Positions 61,623 to 64,000 of a DNA stretch of 64,000 nt are shown here, in pieces; position 1 is the stretch's first letter; every line of letters starts with the position of its first letter. The DNA is from Tubulanus polymorphus. Taxonomy: Eukaryota > Animalia > Nemertea. The translations under genes were made by a program, and so were the position numbers. The DNA lies in contig NC_134032.1 of NCBI RefSeq assembly GCF_964204645.1, positions 13,132,275 through 13,196,274 on the forward strand, written 5' to 3'. The notes beneath the pieces are model-generated. The model ran no database searches and was not told the DNA's origin. It worked only from the letters and a program-made list of their open reading frames with translations.

Positions 61623-64000
61623 GGGGTTCAGCCAGAGGTCGTGAGGTCAACACACCACTCGCCACCACAACTAATTTTTTTTCTTATAAATGGGAGATAG
61701 AAAAGCATTCTTAGCGAAAATAAATAACAAAATAAAACCAGCAAAAAAACAATTTGAAATAAAAAAGTTAGCCGATGTTACAAAAGAAATTGAACATAAA
61801 ATATTAAAATTAGAAAAGATAAAAACTAAATATGGAGAGAAAGTATCTGCAAATTTAAGTTACTGTAATGTTAGTACAACGCGAGAATTTAAAGTATTTG
61901 TACCTGATAAATGGGTTTCATTGAGTAAAGATGAATTAACAGATTTAGAAGGATTTAAAATAATCTATCATGGAAAAAATGAAGACGGTCATCATGATTT
62001 AGAAATTGTTGATTAAATAAAAAAAATTAAATAATAGAAATAATAAAATAATAAAATCAATTTAATATCTAGAATCCGAAATGACCTATCTGGACAATTT
62101 AGTTGCTCCTCATAGATAAACAAAAGTAGTGAGATATTTAATTGATTTAAAATATTGTTTAATGAATTTAATTTTTTTTTGCTTTTTTTCTAAAATATTA
62201 GTCCATTTTTTGTATAGTGAACTTTGGAATTTCAACAGTAGTAAAATTTCATTTGATCTTTTATACCAACTACATCCAATCAAAATGAATACAATTACAA
62301 ATCCAGCTGCAAAATATAGTAGAAATAACAATATTATTACCATTATTATTAACATTTCCATCGTTTATTTTTTCTTTTATAGCTTTTTTGAATTCTCTCG
62401 ATTTAATTCCTAATTGCCGAGACCATTCAATTTGTTTTCGAGTTCTCGGTTTTTTCTTCACAGTTAATTCCTTCAATTCTTTTACCACGCTCATTTATTG
62501 TAGATAAATTTTTACTTTCAATATTTGAAATAATTTGATGTTATAACTCCAGTTGATAATAGCGTCATAAATCCACCTTATTGAAATGATAAATATCCAA
62601 TCCATTTATTTAATTCAGTCGTAACTAAATAATCATTTTTCAAATCGGAATATAATCTATTTTCATCTTGAATTGGTAGCATATAATTACATAATTTACT
62701 ATAACCTTTTACTACATTTTCTGATATTGCATCATTGATTCTAGCTATTCTTGCAGTTTCATAGATCTTAAATAATTTAATAATTTGGTCTGGTTTCATT
62801 GTATCTAATTCATTATACGTTAAATTCTTACCAATAAAATTTTTACATTTTCCAGACGCTATAAATATTTCTAATTGATGTTTGCAATAAAGATTATATT
62901 CAAAATTATTATTTGTAGTAATATCATTTAACGTACTATTATCTGGAGTTAATTTTGTTTCTGATATACCTATATCATCCAAAGTTTTTTCAATTTGAAC
63001 ATCACTATTCTAAGATTTTATTTTCTTTTCACCTCCCATTTATATAACAAAATAATTAGTTGTGTTGTTGCAACTAGAATTTAACTAGAATGTAAATAAA
63101 AATATAATAGATTAAAAAGCTAGTTGAATTTGAATGAATTCATATTTAAATGGGTGTTGTAATCGAAATGGTAATTTAGATCTTTTATTATTTTTCAATT
63201 TAACCATATATTCATTATGTAAATCATGCGGAATAATAAAATTTTCCTCAAGCGCATTTTTCATTGATTTTCTATCTTTATTGTAGAATAATACTAAAAA
63301 TCTAATGTTTTCTCTAAAATCTTTAACAATTGAATTATATTTTTGATTTTAATCCCACGTTGTTATCCCAAAATGTCTCCCAGAGAAAGCTAAATTACAT
63401 AGTTCACTTTCTCTAATTTTTGAATCATGTAAATTTGCACAATCATCTATGATAAATAATGTATTTGTTCCTTTATAAATATCAATTGCTATTTTAATAC
63501 AATTTTCTAAATTTTCTTTAACTGTTTTAGGATCTAATACAATAAATTTATCATTTCAAGTAATATTTCTATCATAAGTTTGATTAGATTCATACGTTGG
63601 ACAAAATAATACTACATTATCAAAATAGTTTTTACAAATAGTTTCTAATAAATTTAATATAAAATAAGTTTTTCCGCAATTTGTTACACCAGAAATTAAC
63701 ATATTATGAGGTTCAAATATAAATAATTCTTTTGAACTAAAATAAAACTTTTGATGTTTGTACAGCATCTTTTCTGGATAGTTGAAAACATACATAACGA
63801 CTGAAAATATCAATTATATTTAATATCCACCAATAATCATCATTATCTTTCTTAAGATTTTCCATATCAATCAAATCACCCTGCCACTGTTGATCTACAT
63901 AATTCTTACCATAGTAGTTGTCGAATAAACACTATAATCCGTGTAAACTGTAGATAAATGAAGAAATCCCACTCTTCGAATTTAAAATTATACGATTAAA
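61623..64000. mobile_element. Maverick/Polinton relic, copy 2 (runs off the right edge)
   Basis: Near-identical to 51150-53528 at an offset of ~10.47 kb. It includes ORF 61690-62016, the ATPase with the same two stops, the integrase fragment (~63736-63906) and the start of the Penelope insertion. Confidence 0.88.

Overview
Eukaryotic, intron-rich animal DNA, most consistent with a marine lophotrochozoan invertebrate (inferred from gene content, not from a search). Host genes in order: the 5' part of an otoancorin/mesothelin-like gene (-), an intronless class A peptide GPCR (+), a large multi-exon C2H2 zinc-finger gene (-), a second GPCR (-), ADHFE1 (-), an AS3MT-like methyltransferase (-) lacking the Cys206-equivalent residue, a secreted PAN/Apple-domain protein (+), and two tandem paralogues of a type II membrane, double-FkbM-domain methyltransferase (+). 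Directly behind each FkbM gene is the same very AT-rich relic of a Maverick/Polinton (adintovirus-like) virus. It carries a penton-like ORF (visible only in the first copy), an rve integrase fragment missed by the ORF track, a stop-interrupted A32 packaging ATPase and three small ORFs that all start at TAAATG; two of these share a ~30-bp upstream motif in inverted orientation. The relic decayed first and was then co-duplicated with the methyltransferase gene, whose four domains show patchwork gene conversion. Non-coding DNA holds Penelope-type minimal hammerhead ribozyme remnants and fold-backs, several MITE families (piggyBac-, Harbinger- and IS3EU-type), LINE/SINE fragments and several minisatellites, one of which overlaps the zinc-finger gene's stop codon. 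All exon coordinates were read by eye and are approximate.
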